Shown: in pieces, positions 26,728-35,144 of the stretch
Layout of the letters: each line of letters opens with the position of its first letter
Numbering within the stretch: position 1 is the first letter of the stretch
From: an uncultured Anaerolinea sp.
Lineage (GTDB): Bacteria; Chloroflexota; Anaerolineae; Anaerolineales; Anaerolineaceae
NCBI GenBank assembly: GCA_964567255.1
Contig: CAZMMI010000001.1
Location: 1,247-65,246, forward strand
DNA length: 64,000 bases
Direction of reading: 5' to 3'
Translations under genes and position numbers: made by a program
The notes under the pieces: model-generated
Told to the model about the DNA's origin: nothing
The model's database searches: none
What the model saw: the letters and a program-made list of their open reading frames with translations, nothing else

Positions 26728-28836
26728 ATGAGTAAAAAGAGTTTGTTGGTTAGCATCACGCTGATGCTGGGTTTGTTGTTTTTCAATGTTCAGAGCGCCA
26801 TGGCTGTTCCGCCAATTCCGTCTGGTTTCTACGGGACGGTCAAAATCGATGGCGCGAATGTCCCCGACGGCACAGTCATTTCTGCTCGGATTGGCGGCAT
26901 TGAATATGAGAATACAACAGTTCTTCTCTATGGAGGAGATACCGTATTTAGCCTGGATGTTCCGGGGGATGACCCGGAAACAGCCGGGGTTGTGGAGGGC
27001 GGCGTTCAAGGAGAAACAATCACCTTCTTCATCGGCTCCGTTCAGGCCAACCAGACCGCGACCTGGCAATACGGCACAAATATCTCCTTGAACTTAACCG
27101 CAAGCAGTAATCACGCGCCGACCGCCATTGGTCTATCTGCCAGCAGTATCGCAGAGAATGCTGCTGCCAACACGGTGGTAGGCACGCTTTCCACCACGGA
27201 CCCGGATGCAGGGAATACCTTTACATATAGTCTGGTCGTCGGAACCGGCGACACAGACAATGGAGCCTTTAACATCTCTGGGAGCAGCTTGCGGGCCACA
27301 AATTCCTTCAACTATGAGGTCAAATCCAGCTACTCTGTGCGAGTTCGTTCCACCGATCAGGGCGGATTGTATGCTGAGCAGGCCTTCACTATCACGGTCA
27401 CCGATGTCAACGAGGCGCCCACGGTGGTGGCTCTGTCTGCTTCAAGCATCGCCGAAAATGCTGCTGCTAACACGGTGGTTGGCACGCTTTCCACGACCGA
27501 TCCGGACGCAGGTAATACCTTCTCTTATAGCCTGGTTACTGGAACCGGTGATACGGACAACGGAGCCTTCAATATCTCGGGGAGCAGCCTGAGGGCCACG
27601 GCGTCCTTCAATTATGAGGTCAAATCCAGCTACTCTGTGCGGGTCCGTTCCACGGATCAGGGCGGGTTGTATGCTGAGCAAGCCTTCACCATCACGGTCA
27701 CTAATGTCAATGAGGCGCCTACGGTGGTGGCTCTGTCTGCTACGAGCATTGCTGAAAATGCTGCTGCCAACACGACGGTTGGCACGCTTTCTACAACAGA
27801 CCCGGACGCAGGCAACACCTTCACCTACACTCTGGTCACCGGAACCGGCGACACGGACAACGCTGCTTTCAATATTTCTGGAAGCGGCCTGCGGGCCACG
27901 AATCCCTTCAACTATGAGGTCAAGTCCAGCTACTCCGTGCGGGTCCGTTCCACGGATCAGGGCGGGTTGTATGCTGAGCAAGCCTTCACTATCACAGTCA
28001 CGAACGTAAACGAAGCCCCGGTGATTACGGAGAGCGATCCTCAGAGTGTGACCATGTCCGAAGACGGTTTGCCGGTTGCCTTCAGTCTCACCTTGCACGC
28101 ATCAGACGTGGACAGCGGAGACGTTCTGACCTGGTCCATTTCCACCGCGGCGCTGCATGGCACAGCCAGTGCTTCGGAGACGGGCGGCGAGAAGGCGATT
28201 GGATACGTTCCGAACAGCGGATACGCTGGTACAGATAGCTTCGTTGTGCGAGTCACCGACGCGTTTGGGATCAACGATAGCCTGACCGTGAACGTGACGA
28301 TCACGTCGGTTACTCGGCTTGATTTGGTTCTGGGGTGGAACCTGGTCTCTATCGATGTGCATCCCACAAATACAGACATTGCGAGCGTGCTGGGGTCGAT
28401 CGCGGGAAGTTATGACCTGGTCTATGCCTGGGATGCGACCAGCGGTTTGTGGGTCAAGTACGCCCCCAACGTCGGTTACGGAAACACATTAACAACGTTG
28501 GATGAGACCATGGGTTTCTGGGTGCGGATGACATCGCTGGATACGCTGGAATTGAGCGGGACGCAGCCTGTCACTACCGAGATCGAACTCCACACAGGTT
28601 GGAATCTGGTCGGGTTCCCCTCTGGAACCAGCCTGCCGCTGCCGGACGCGTTGAGCTTGCACGGCGCGGGGTCCGATTTCACCCTGGTGTACAGCTACCA
28701 TGCTGCCGATGTAGCCGATGCCTGGAAGAGATATGATCCTGCGACAGCCATCGGGAATGACTTGACTGAGATGGCACCCGGTTGGGGTTATTGGGTTCGG
28801 ATGAGCGCTGACCGCACCTGGACCGTCCCATACTAA
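26728..28836 (+). CDS. Secreted protein P4 (702 aa): FYG module, three cadherin repeats, an Ig-like module and the shared C-terminal domain
   Basis: The track ORF is 26698-28836. The ATG at 26728 has GGAGG upstream. The signal peptide ends NVQSAMA|VPPIPSGFYG. The cadherin units end in DVNEAP. Confidence 0.85.
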   Translation: MSKKSLLVSITLMLGLLFFNVQSAMAVPPIPSGFYGTVKIDGANVPDGTVISARIGGIEYENTTVLLYGGDTVFSLDVPGDDPETAGVVEGGVQGETITFFIGSVQANQTATWQYGTNISLNLTASSNHAPTAIGLSASSIAENAAANTVVGTLSTTDPDAGNTFTYSLVVGTGDTDNGAFNISGSSLRATNSFNYEVKSSYSVRVRSTDQGGLYAEQAFTITVTDVNEAPTVVALSASSIAENAAANTVVGTLSTTDPDAGNTFSYSLVTGTGDTDNGAFNISGSSLRATASFNYEVKSSYSVRVRSTDQGGLYAEQAFTITVTNVNEAPTVVALSATSIAENAAANTTVGTLSTTDPDAGNTFTYTLVTGTGDTDNAAFNISGSGLRATNPFNYEVKSSYSVRVRSTDQGGLYAEQAFTITVTNVNEAPVITESDPQSVTMSEDGLPVAFSLTLHASDVDSGDVLTWSISTAALHGTASASETGGEKAIGYVPNSGYAGTDSFVVRVTDAFGINDSLTVNVTITSVTRLDLVLGWNLVSIDVHPTNTDIASVLGSIAGSYDLVYAWDATSGLWVKYAPNVGYGNTLTTLDETMGFWVRMTSLDTLELSGTQPVTTEIELHTGWNLVGFPSGTSLPLPDALSLHGAGSDFTLVYSYHAADVADAWKRYDPATAIGNDLTEMAPGWGYWVRMSADRTWTVPY
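27115..28014 (+). repeat. In-frame tandem repeat, 3 x 300 bp (100-aa cadherin unit), inside P4
   Basis: Unit boundaries are at 27115, 27415, 27715 and 28015. The units are near-identical at both nucleotide and protein level. A diverged single copy is present in P3 at about 24925-25225. Confidence 0.9.
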
Positions 28837-28934
28837 ATTGCGAAGAACAACGCAGGTCAGGCCGAAAAGAACATTGAAAGCATTCTTCGGCCGGGCTTGC
28901 CAAATGACAAAGCCATTAGAACACGAGAGGATTC

Positions 28935-29534
28935 ATGAAAATACTGAAGCAAATATCGATCTGCCTTTTGATATGCCTGATGAGCCTGTTTGTCGCCGAA
29001 CCTGTGTTGGCTTTTCCCCCGCTGCCATCCAGCTTTTATGGAAAAGTCAAAGTAGACGGGGAAAATGTGCCAGACGGAACCGTGGTCGAAGCCTGGATCA
29101 ATGGGAAAGTGTATACAGAGGCGAAAACGCAAACTTACGAGGGGGACTCGGTCTATGCGATGGATGTGACCGGCGATGACGCCAGCACGAACGATGTGGA
29201 GGGAGGGATCGAGGGTGACAAGATCGAGTTTCGGGTTGCTGGGCAGGTTGCTGGACAGTCTGGCATATGGCACAGCGGTACGAACACCAATCTGGACCTT
29301 TCCGTCGCGTCGGCGGCGGATCAGGTTAACCCTGCTGCAACAGCTGTACAAGCGACGCAAGCCCAACCTCAACCTGTACCTCTTGATGAGATCTCTCGAG
29401 ATTCTACCAGTCAGGATATCACCACCACCAACAACAACCGTCTCTTAACAATTACCTTGATCGTCGCCACTGTCGTGATCGTTTCCGTTGTCTTTTGGCT
29501 CCTATTCATCCGAAAGCCAAAGGTCAAGCCATAA
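28935..29534 (+). CDS. Small FYG-module protein P5 with a C-terminal transmembrane anchor
   Basis: 199 aa with GAGAGGA upstream. The signal peptide ends EPVLA|FPPLPSSFYG. One FYG module is followed by a low-complexity linker, then LLTITLIVATVVIVSVVFWLLF and a basic tail, IRKPKVKP. Confidence 0.8.
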   Translation: MKILKQISICLLICLMSLFVAEPVLAFPPLPSSFYGKVKVDGENVPDGTVVEAWINGKVYTEAKTQTYEGDSVYAMDVTGDDASTNDVEGGIEGDKIEFRVAGQVAGQSGIWHSGTNTNLDLSVASAADQVNPAATAVQATQAQPQPVPLDEISRDSTSQDITTTNNNRLLTITLIVATVVIVSVVFWLLFIRKPKVKP

Positions 29535-29553
29535 ATTGAAAGGAAGTGTTACC

Positions 29554-30246
29554 ATGAAGAAATCGCAAATCCTCGTCGCTTTTCTTGTGGTTTTTGCCAT
29601 TCTAGCGCTTAATGTGCAACCCACATACGCTTTTCCGCCCCTTCCATCTGGCTTCTATGGATCGGTCAAGATAGACGGCGTCAACGTCCCCGCCGGAACG
29701 GTTGTAATGGCCAGAATCAATGGTGTCCAATATGCTTCCACGGTGATTACAACCTATCTTGGGGACACAGTTTTTAGCCTGAACGTACCTGGAGATGATG
29801 CGGATTCGCCGGGCGTGATTGATGGAGGCGTGCCTGGAGACATGGTTGTGTTCTTCATTGGATCGCGTCAAGCGGAACAGACCGCCCCCTGGACCAGCGG
29901 ATCGAATGTTCCTTTGAACCTGACGGCGGTGGGCAATTATGCGCCGGTGATTACCGAGGGCGGTTCAGTAAACGTGACGATGTCAACCGCGTTTGACCTC
30001 ACTCTACATGCTACCGATACCGACGGAGATGAAATCACCTGGGGCATTGCGACCGCTGCCAGCCACGGTTCCGCCACGGCCAGCGGCACCGGAACTTCAA
30101 AGGTGATCGGGTACGCTCCGAACGCGCAGTATGTGGGGGCCGACAGCTTTGTTGTCCAGGTGTCGGATGGCAGGGGCGGCACAGATACCATCACCGTTAA
30201 CGTTACGGTTCGCGCGGTCCTATTCTTACCGATGATCAGTCGATAG
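29554..30246 (+). CDS. Small secreted protein P6: FYG module plus one Ig-like (VCBS/cadherin-like) module
   Basis: The track ORF is 29488-30246. The ATG at 29554 has AGGAAG upstream. The signal peptide ends QPTYA|FPPLPSGFYG. The second module (ITWGIATAASHGSATASGTG..VIGYAPN..YVGADSFVVQVSDGRGGTD) is homologous to modules in P3 and P4. Confidence 0.8.
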   Translation: MKKSQILVAFLVVFAILALNVQPTYAFPPLPSGFYGSVKIDGVNVPAGTVVMARINGVQYASTVITTYLGDTVFSLNVPGDDADSPGVIDGGVPGDMVVFFIGSRQAEQTAPWTSGSNVPLNLTAVGNYAPVITEGGSVNVTMSTAFDLTLHATDTDGDEITWGIATAASHGSATASGTGTSKVIGYAPNAQYVGADSFVVQVSDGRGGTDTITVNVTVRAVLFLPMISR

Positions 30247-30268
30247 GATGCTAGATTTCACCTCTAAG

Positions 30269-30307
30269 AACGAGAGATTGCGTGCTAATCCCGGGCAATC
30301 TCTCGTT
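30269..30307 (+). terminator. Hairpin closing the six-gene cluster
   Basis: AACGAGAGATTGC, a 13-nt loop, then GCAATCTCTCGTT (perfect 13-bp stem), starting 23 nt after the P6 stop. There is no clear T-run. Confidence 0.4.
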
Positions 30308-30712
30308 GTTAAGCAAGAGTAAAAGCGCCTGTCCAGCCCCTCGTGGAAAACAGGTTTTCTTTCTTCCTAATACCGTCTTCAGCGGTCGCACAGATTTTTT
30401 CGCGCGACCGCGTAGTGTTAAGTCCTTCTCCATCAGGATTTGCGTTCCTTGCTTGCAGCAAGGCGGTTTGCGCGACTGGCTCGTCGCCGAATAGCTTAAA
30501 AGACGATTGCATGCCGTGCTAAGGCGATGAATCGAAGCATTGTCTGTGCATCCAAACTCTCATCCTCCGGGGCATTGAAATTCATCCCGGTCGTGTTGAG
30601 CAGAGGAAAACCGACATTTAAAACCACCTGGAAGTTTGGCCCTTCTTGCTTTTCTGCATTGGGGGTGAGGGCTTCAATTCTCTTGAGCGGTACCAAAAGA
30701 GTCAAAAAGCCA

Positions 30713-30741
30713 TTGACACCGATATATGAACCAGCTATAAT
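30713..30741 (+). promoter_or_regulatory. Consensus sigma70-type promoter of the MFS-TetR operon
   Basis: TTGACA (30713-30718), an exact 17-nt spacer, then TATAAT (30736-30741). It lies 46 nt upstream of the MFS start codon. Confidence 0.7.
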
Positions 30742-30747
30742 CTCTCT

Positions 30748-30765
30748 ACTTACCGACCGGTAAGT
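30748..30765 (+). promoter_or_regulatory. Candidate TetR operator
   Basis: ACTTACCG-ac-CGGTAAGT has perfect 8-bp inverted arms. It lies directly downstream of the -10 box and upstream of the SD (AAGAGGAG). Confidence 0.6.
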
Positions 30766-30786
30766 AAGAGGAGCTGAATTATCGTT

Positions 30787-32205
30787 ATGAACGACAAAAT
30801 TCGTAACAAAATCTTGTTGGTATTGTTCCTGGGTGTGCTCATGGGCGCGCTGGATATTGCTATTGTGGCTCCAGCTTTGCCTTCCATCCAGAAATACTTC
30901 GGTGTTGGCGAACGGGTGTTGGCCTGGACTTTCACCATCTATGTTCTGTTCAACCTGATTGGCACACCGTTGATGGCCAAACTGTCCGATAAATTTGGCC
31001 GGCGGTCCATTTATGTTCTGGATGTGGTGCTGTTTACACTGGGCTCAATTGTGATCACATTATCGCCGCAGAAGTCGTTTGTTGTGCTTTTGATTGGACG
31101 AGCCCTGCAGGGCTTTGGCGCGGGCGGTATTTTCCCGGTGGCTAGCGCTGTTATTGGCGATACTTTTCCGCCCGAAAAGCGCGGAAGGGCATTGGGGTTA
31201 ATCGGGGCTGTGTTCGGCCTGGCTTTCCTGGTCGGGCCGGTGCTGGGAGGGGTGATTCTATCAATCACTACCTGGCAATGGTTGTTCATCATCAACCTGC
31301 CAATCGCGTTGGTGGTGATTGTCATGGGGTGGCAGTTGCTGCCCTCCAAGGGTTCGGGTTCACAGTTACGTTTTGATTGGGCCGGGTTAATCGTCTTGAG
31401 CGTGCTCCTGGCTTCATTGACCTACAGCCTTAATCAAATTGACACGCAGCATTTCTTCAGCAGCCTGCTTTCAGTACGAGTGCTGCCGTTCTTGCTCCTC
31501 GGGCTGACCTTGACGTTGATCTTTCCAACCATCGAACGAAAAGTCAGTGACCCAATCGTCAGCATGAGCTTATTCCAAAGCCGTCAGGTCAGGCTTTCCA
31601 GCATTTTGTCAGCCGGTGCCGGTCTTGGCGAATCCGGTTTAGCGTTCATGCCTGCGCTTGCCGTGGCAGCTTTGCCGGGGATCATCACTACTCGTACTTC
31701 GAGTTATATGATCCTGCCGGTGGTCCTGGCCATGTCTGTCGGCTCCCCATTGGTAGGTCGCTTGATGGACCGCTTTGGTTCTAAGGTCATGGTGTTTTCC
31801 GGCACATTATTGCTGGCGGTAGGGATGATGTTATTGAGTACAGGCTCCATCTCGGGGACGCTGTGGGGGTTCATCCTCTCCGGAGCGGTGATCGGCTTGG
31901 GCCTTTCATCGCTGTTGGGCGCGCCCATGAGATACATCATGCTGAATGAGACTTCTGCCCAAGATCGCACCTCTGCCCAAGGCCTCATCTCACTCTTCAC
32001 CAGCATTGGCCAATTGGCCAGCAGCGCGCTGATCGGCGCAGTGGCCGCATCCATGGGGGGCGGCGTAGCCGGTTATGGCGGAGCGTATCGCGTGGTGGGT
32101 TTTGTGGCATTGATTATGATCTTGTTAACCCTGGGCTTAAAGAACAGGCAGCAGGAGTTAGCTACTGTGCAAAGCAATCAACTGAATACGCAGGCAGAAC
32201 TATAA
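30787..32205 (+). CDS. MFS transporter (DHA2/EmrB-like drug:H+ antiporter type)
   Basis: 472 aa and highly hydrophobic. It shows LDIAIVAPALPSIQKYFG and GRRSIY..LGS motifs, and its length fits 14 TM segments. Confidence 0.85.
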   Translation: MNDKIRNKILLVLFLGVLMGALDIAIVAPALPSIQKYFGVGERVLAWTFTIYVLFNLIGTPLMAKLSDKFGRRSIYVLDVVLFTLGSIVITLSPQKSFVVLLIGRALQGFGAGGIFPVASAVIGDTFPPEKRGRALGLIGAVFGLAFLVGPVLGGVILSITTWQWLFIINLPIALVVIVMGWQLLPSKGSGSQLRFDWAGLIVLSVLLASLTYSLNQIDTQHFFSSLLSVRVLPFLLLGLTLTLIFPTIERKVSDPIVSMSLFQSRQVRLSSILSAGAGLGESGLAFMPALAVAALPGIITTRTSSYMILPVVLAMSVGSPLVGRLMDRFGSKVMVFSGTLLLAVGMMLLSTGSISGTLWGFILSGAVIGLGLSSLLGAPMRYIMLNETSAQDRTSAQGLISLFTSIGQLASSALIGAVAASMGGGVAGYGGAYRVVGFVALIMILLTLGLKNRQQELATVQSNQLNTQAEL

Positions 32206-32217
32206 ACGAGGTCGAAA

Positions 32218-32799
32218 ATGGTTGAGGACGAACCCAGTACACGAAACACGATCATAGAAAAGGCAAAGAGCCTGTTCATCGAACACGGATATCGCGGTTT
32301 GTCGATGCGCGAGATCGCTGAGAAGGTGGGCGTCTCAAAACCCGCTTTGTACTACCACTTCAAAGATAAGGAAGAACTTTTTTGCGCCGTGTTGAACAGC
32401 GGTCTCGAAGAGATCGGCAGAATGATCGACTCGATCAATAACCAGCCGGTCACCAGTTACAAAAAAGTTTGCATGTTCATGGAATACGTACTGACTCAGC
32501 CCACCGAGCAGCGAGCGGTCATCCGCCTCGGAACACAGGAAATGGCGCAATTAGGTCATGCTTCAAGGCAACAATTTAATGTGTCTTACCATCATCAATT
32601 CACCGGAAAGCTGCGCACAATGATCCAAACCGGCATAGAACAAGGTGAGTTTCGTGAAATGGATACAGAGATTGCCACCTGGGGATTGTTGGGATTGATG
32701 TATCCCTACTTATACCCGCATGTTGGCGTAGTCTCGCTGTCTGCTGATAAGATTGAACTCATTATCAGTATGTACATGAAAGGTATCCAGAAGGAATAA
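32218..32799 (+). CDS. TetR/AcrR family transcriptional regulator
   Basis: The N-terminal HTH is TRNTIIEKAKSLFIEHGYRGLSMREIAEKVGVSKPALYYHFKDKEELF. Confidence 0.9.
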   Translation: MVEDEPSTRNTIIEKAKSLFIEHGYRGLSMREIAEKVGVSKPALYYHFKDKEELFCAVLNSGLEEIGRMIDSINNQPVTSYKKVCMFMEYVLTQPTEQRAVIRLGTQEMAQLGHASRQQFNVSYHHQFTGKLRTMIQTGIEQGEFREMDTEIATWGLLGLMYPYLYPHVGVVSLSADKIELIISMYMKGIQKE

Positions 32800-32881
32800 A
32801 GAGTGACGGGGCCGTGGGCATTGTGGCCTGGTTAATGAATTTTTTGGTTGAAAATCAACAATTATTGAAAGGGATAACAAG

Positions 32882-33646
32882 GTGAATGCTTCAACGATTG
32901 CCCTCTTTGAAACCACTTTTGATGTGCTTTATTTATTGCTCGTTTGGGGGATGGTCGTATTAATGACAGTCAAGATGTCTGAAGTGGCTGAAGCAGACCG
33001 AAAGACGGCCTATTGGATCCGTCTGGCGTTCATACTTTTGGCCGCTGGAGACACCGGGCACGTTGGTTTTCGGGTTTTCGCCCAAATACTGGGTATCATG
33101 GATACACCGATTCCTGTCTTCGGCGCATCGATGAACCTGATTGGGATAGGAATGATGACCACGGCTTTCACAGTCACCATGTTCTATATGGTTTTCATTT
33201 TTGTCTGGCAGGCTCGTTACCAACAACCTGGAAACTGGTTCACGATACTGTTGTTGGCTGTGGGTGTCGTAAGGATTATTTTCATGGCCCTGCCGGCGAA
33301 TCAATGGGGAGATGTGGTTCCGCCTCAACCGATCGGCATTTATCGCAACCTGTTTCTGATCGTCCAAGGATTAGGTCTTCTTGGATTGCTGTTCTATTCT
33401 GCCAGACGCAAACAAGATATCCTCTTCCAAACCATTGCCTGGATGATCGTCCTTTCTTTTGTCTTCTATACGCCGGTGATCTTGTTTGCCAGCAAGATCC
33501 CCTTGATTGGCATGTTGATGATACCGAAGACCTGCGCCTATCTGGCCGTGGCCATCATTGCTTATAATGGCCTATGGAAAACAAAGAAACAGATGGTTAC
33601 TTATCATGAGAATTCATTATTGGTAGAAAAAGGAACAAGTTTATGA
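32882..33646 (+). CDS. Integral membrane protein of unknown function (about 7 TM segments)
   Basis: 254-aa hydrophobic ORF with a GTG start. Its stop overlaps the next gene's start (ATGA at 33643). Confidence 0.65.
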   Translation: MNASTIALFETTFDVLYLLLVWGMVVLMTVKMSEVAEADRKTAYWIRLAFILLAAGDTGHVGFRVFAQILGIMDTPIPVFGASMNLIGIGMMTTAFTVTMFYMVFIFVWQARYQQPGNWFTILLLAVGVVRIIFMALPANQWGDVVPPQPIGIYRNLFLIVQGLGLLGLLFYSARRKQDILFQTIAWMIVLSFVFYTPVILFASKIPLIGMLMIPKTCAYLAVAIIAYNGLWKTKKQMVTYHENSLLVEKGTSL

Positions 33647-34488
33647 AATCATTAGAAGGGAAGACCGCAGTCATTACCGGTTCAAGCCGAGGATTGGGTT
33701 TAGCCATTGCCAAAGCCTGCGCAGAGCAAGGGGCTAATGTTGTTCTGGCGGCCCGCACGGAAGCGACCCTCCATTCAGCCGTGGCCGAATTGAGGAGTCA
33801 GGGCTACAAGGTAGAAGGTTTAGTTTGCGATACCGCCAAGTTTGAGGATGTGGAAAGACTGGCGCAGGGGGCCGTTTTGGCTTTCGGTTCTCTTGATGTA
33901 TGGATCAATAATGCGGGCATTGGTGCGCCATACGGGTTGACGATGTCTATCGCGCCGGATCATTTTAAGAAGGTGGTAGACACCAATATCATGGGTGTCT
34001 ATTACGGGTCGCATGTGGCCATGCGGCAGTTCTTAGCACAGGGCTCCGGCAAGCTCATCAACCTGTTGGGCCGCGGGGAGTCTGGGCCGGTGCCTTATCA
34101 GAACCCATACGCATCGAGCAAGGCATGGGTCAAGAGCTTTACGAAAGCGCTCGCCAAAGAATACGCCGGGTCGGGAGTTGAAGTGATGGCCATCAATCCA
34201 GGGTTGGTGATCACAGAAATGCTAACCCGGGTGGATGCCATCGCCGGGTTTGAAGAGAAGGTGCTGCCGTTGAACACGGTCATCCGCTTCTGGGGGAATC
34301 TGCCGGAAGTTCCTGCTCAAAAGGTTGTTTGGATGGCTTCGTCCGCCACGGATGGGAAGAATGGGTTGATGATTAATTTCCTGTCTTTCGGTCGAATGAT
34401 GGCCGGGGTCGGCAAGGAATTCTGGCGGTGGATCACTCGCGGACCGATCACAACACCTACAATTAAGGTTCGAGTGATCGAGGAGTGA
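33643..34488 (+). CDS. SDR family oxidoreductase
   Basis: It has TGSSRGLGLAIA (TGxxxGxG), NNAG and YASSK (YxxxK) motifs. Confidence 0.9.
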   Translation: MKSLEGKTAVITGSSRGLGLAIAKACAEQGANVVLAARTEATLHSAVAELRSQGYKVEGLVCDTAKFEDVERLAQGAVLAFGSLDVWINNAGIGAPYGLTMSIAPDHFKKVVDTNIMGVYYGSHVAMRQFLAQGSGKLINLLGRGESGPVPYQNPYASSKAWVKSFTKALAKEYAGSGVEVMAINPGLVITEMLTRVDAIAGFEEKVLPLNTVIRFWGNLPEVPAQKVVWMASSATDGKNGLMINFLSFGRMMAGVGKEFWRWITRGPITTPTIKVRVIEE

Positions 34489-34541
34489 GTGTTCCTCGCG
34501 GCTACCTTGAACCGTGCGCAGTGACCGATGATGATGGCTTC

Positions 34542-35075
34542 TTATTCCAGTTCGATTTGAGCAGCCGGTTTGATTTGTGCAAATTGCGTTAGGATGTTGT
34601 TGTGGTGGGCGATAATTTGTTCGGCGGTAAGGAGTTCACCATCGTAGGTGCTGTGACCATCGCTTGCCAGCTCAACACGCAGGCCATGCGAAAATGCGCT
34701 TTTACAAGTTGTGTCCACGCAGAATTCAGTCTGCACACCGCAAATCACTATGTCTTCAATGCACATATCCTGCAGCGTTGAACGCAGATTAGTGTTCAGG
34801 AATGAATCGGCATGATACTTGATTACCAGATGATCTTGCTCCTGGGGTGCGATGTCGGGCACTATCTGCCACAAAGGTTGGCCTTCAGCTCTGGGGGATT
34901 CGCCGGTTTCGGTAAATAGGATATAGAAAATGGGCGCGTTGGATTGTCTGGCTTTATAAATGAGATGTTGGACATTGGCGATCAGTGTTCCCTCATGATG
35001 CAGGGCTTTGCCGCCGTAGTTTTTCCAAATAAATGGCATAACTTGCATGTCGATAATGAGTAGAGCTTTTTTCAC
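34542..35075 (-). CDS. Isochorismatase-family cysteine hydrolase
   Basis: KKALLIIDMQ is at the N-terminus, and VICGVQTEFCVDTT contains the catalytic Cys context. Confidence 0.85.
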   Translation of the reverse strand: MKKALLIIDMQVMPFIWKNYGGKALHHEGTLIANVQHLIYKARQSNAPIFYILFTETGESPRAEGQPLWQIVPDIAPQEQDHLVIKYHADSFLNTNLRSTLQDMCIEDIVICGVQTEFCVDTTCKSAFSHGLRVELASDGHSTYDGELLTAEQIIAHHNNILTQFAQIKPAAQIELE

Positions 35076-35144
35076 GGGAACCTCTTGTGATGTTCGGGTA
35101 GTTCACGTCTGCGCAAAACAGAGATGGGCAGGCGATTGGATCTT

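Noticed and set aside
18743-28014. Possible CRISPR arrays suggested by regular tandem repeats
   Set aside because: The periods are 222, 288 and 300 bp with no unique spacers. The repeats are in-frame protein domain repeats inside long ORFs. No cas genes are present.
28857-29372. 171-aa minus-strand ORF
   Set aside because: It is antisense to P5, whose signal peptide, FYG module and TM anchor are clear.
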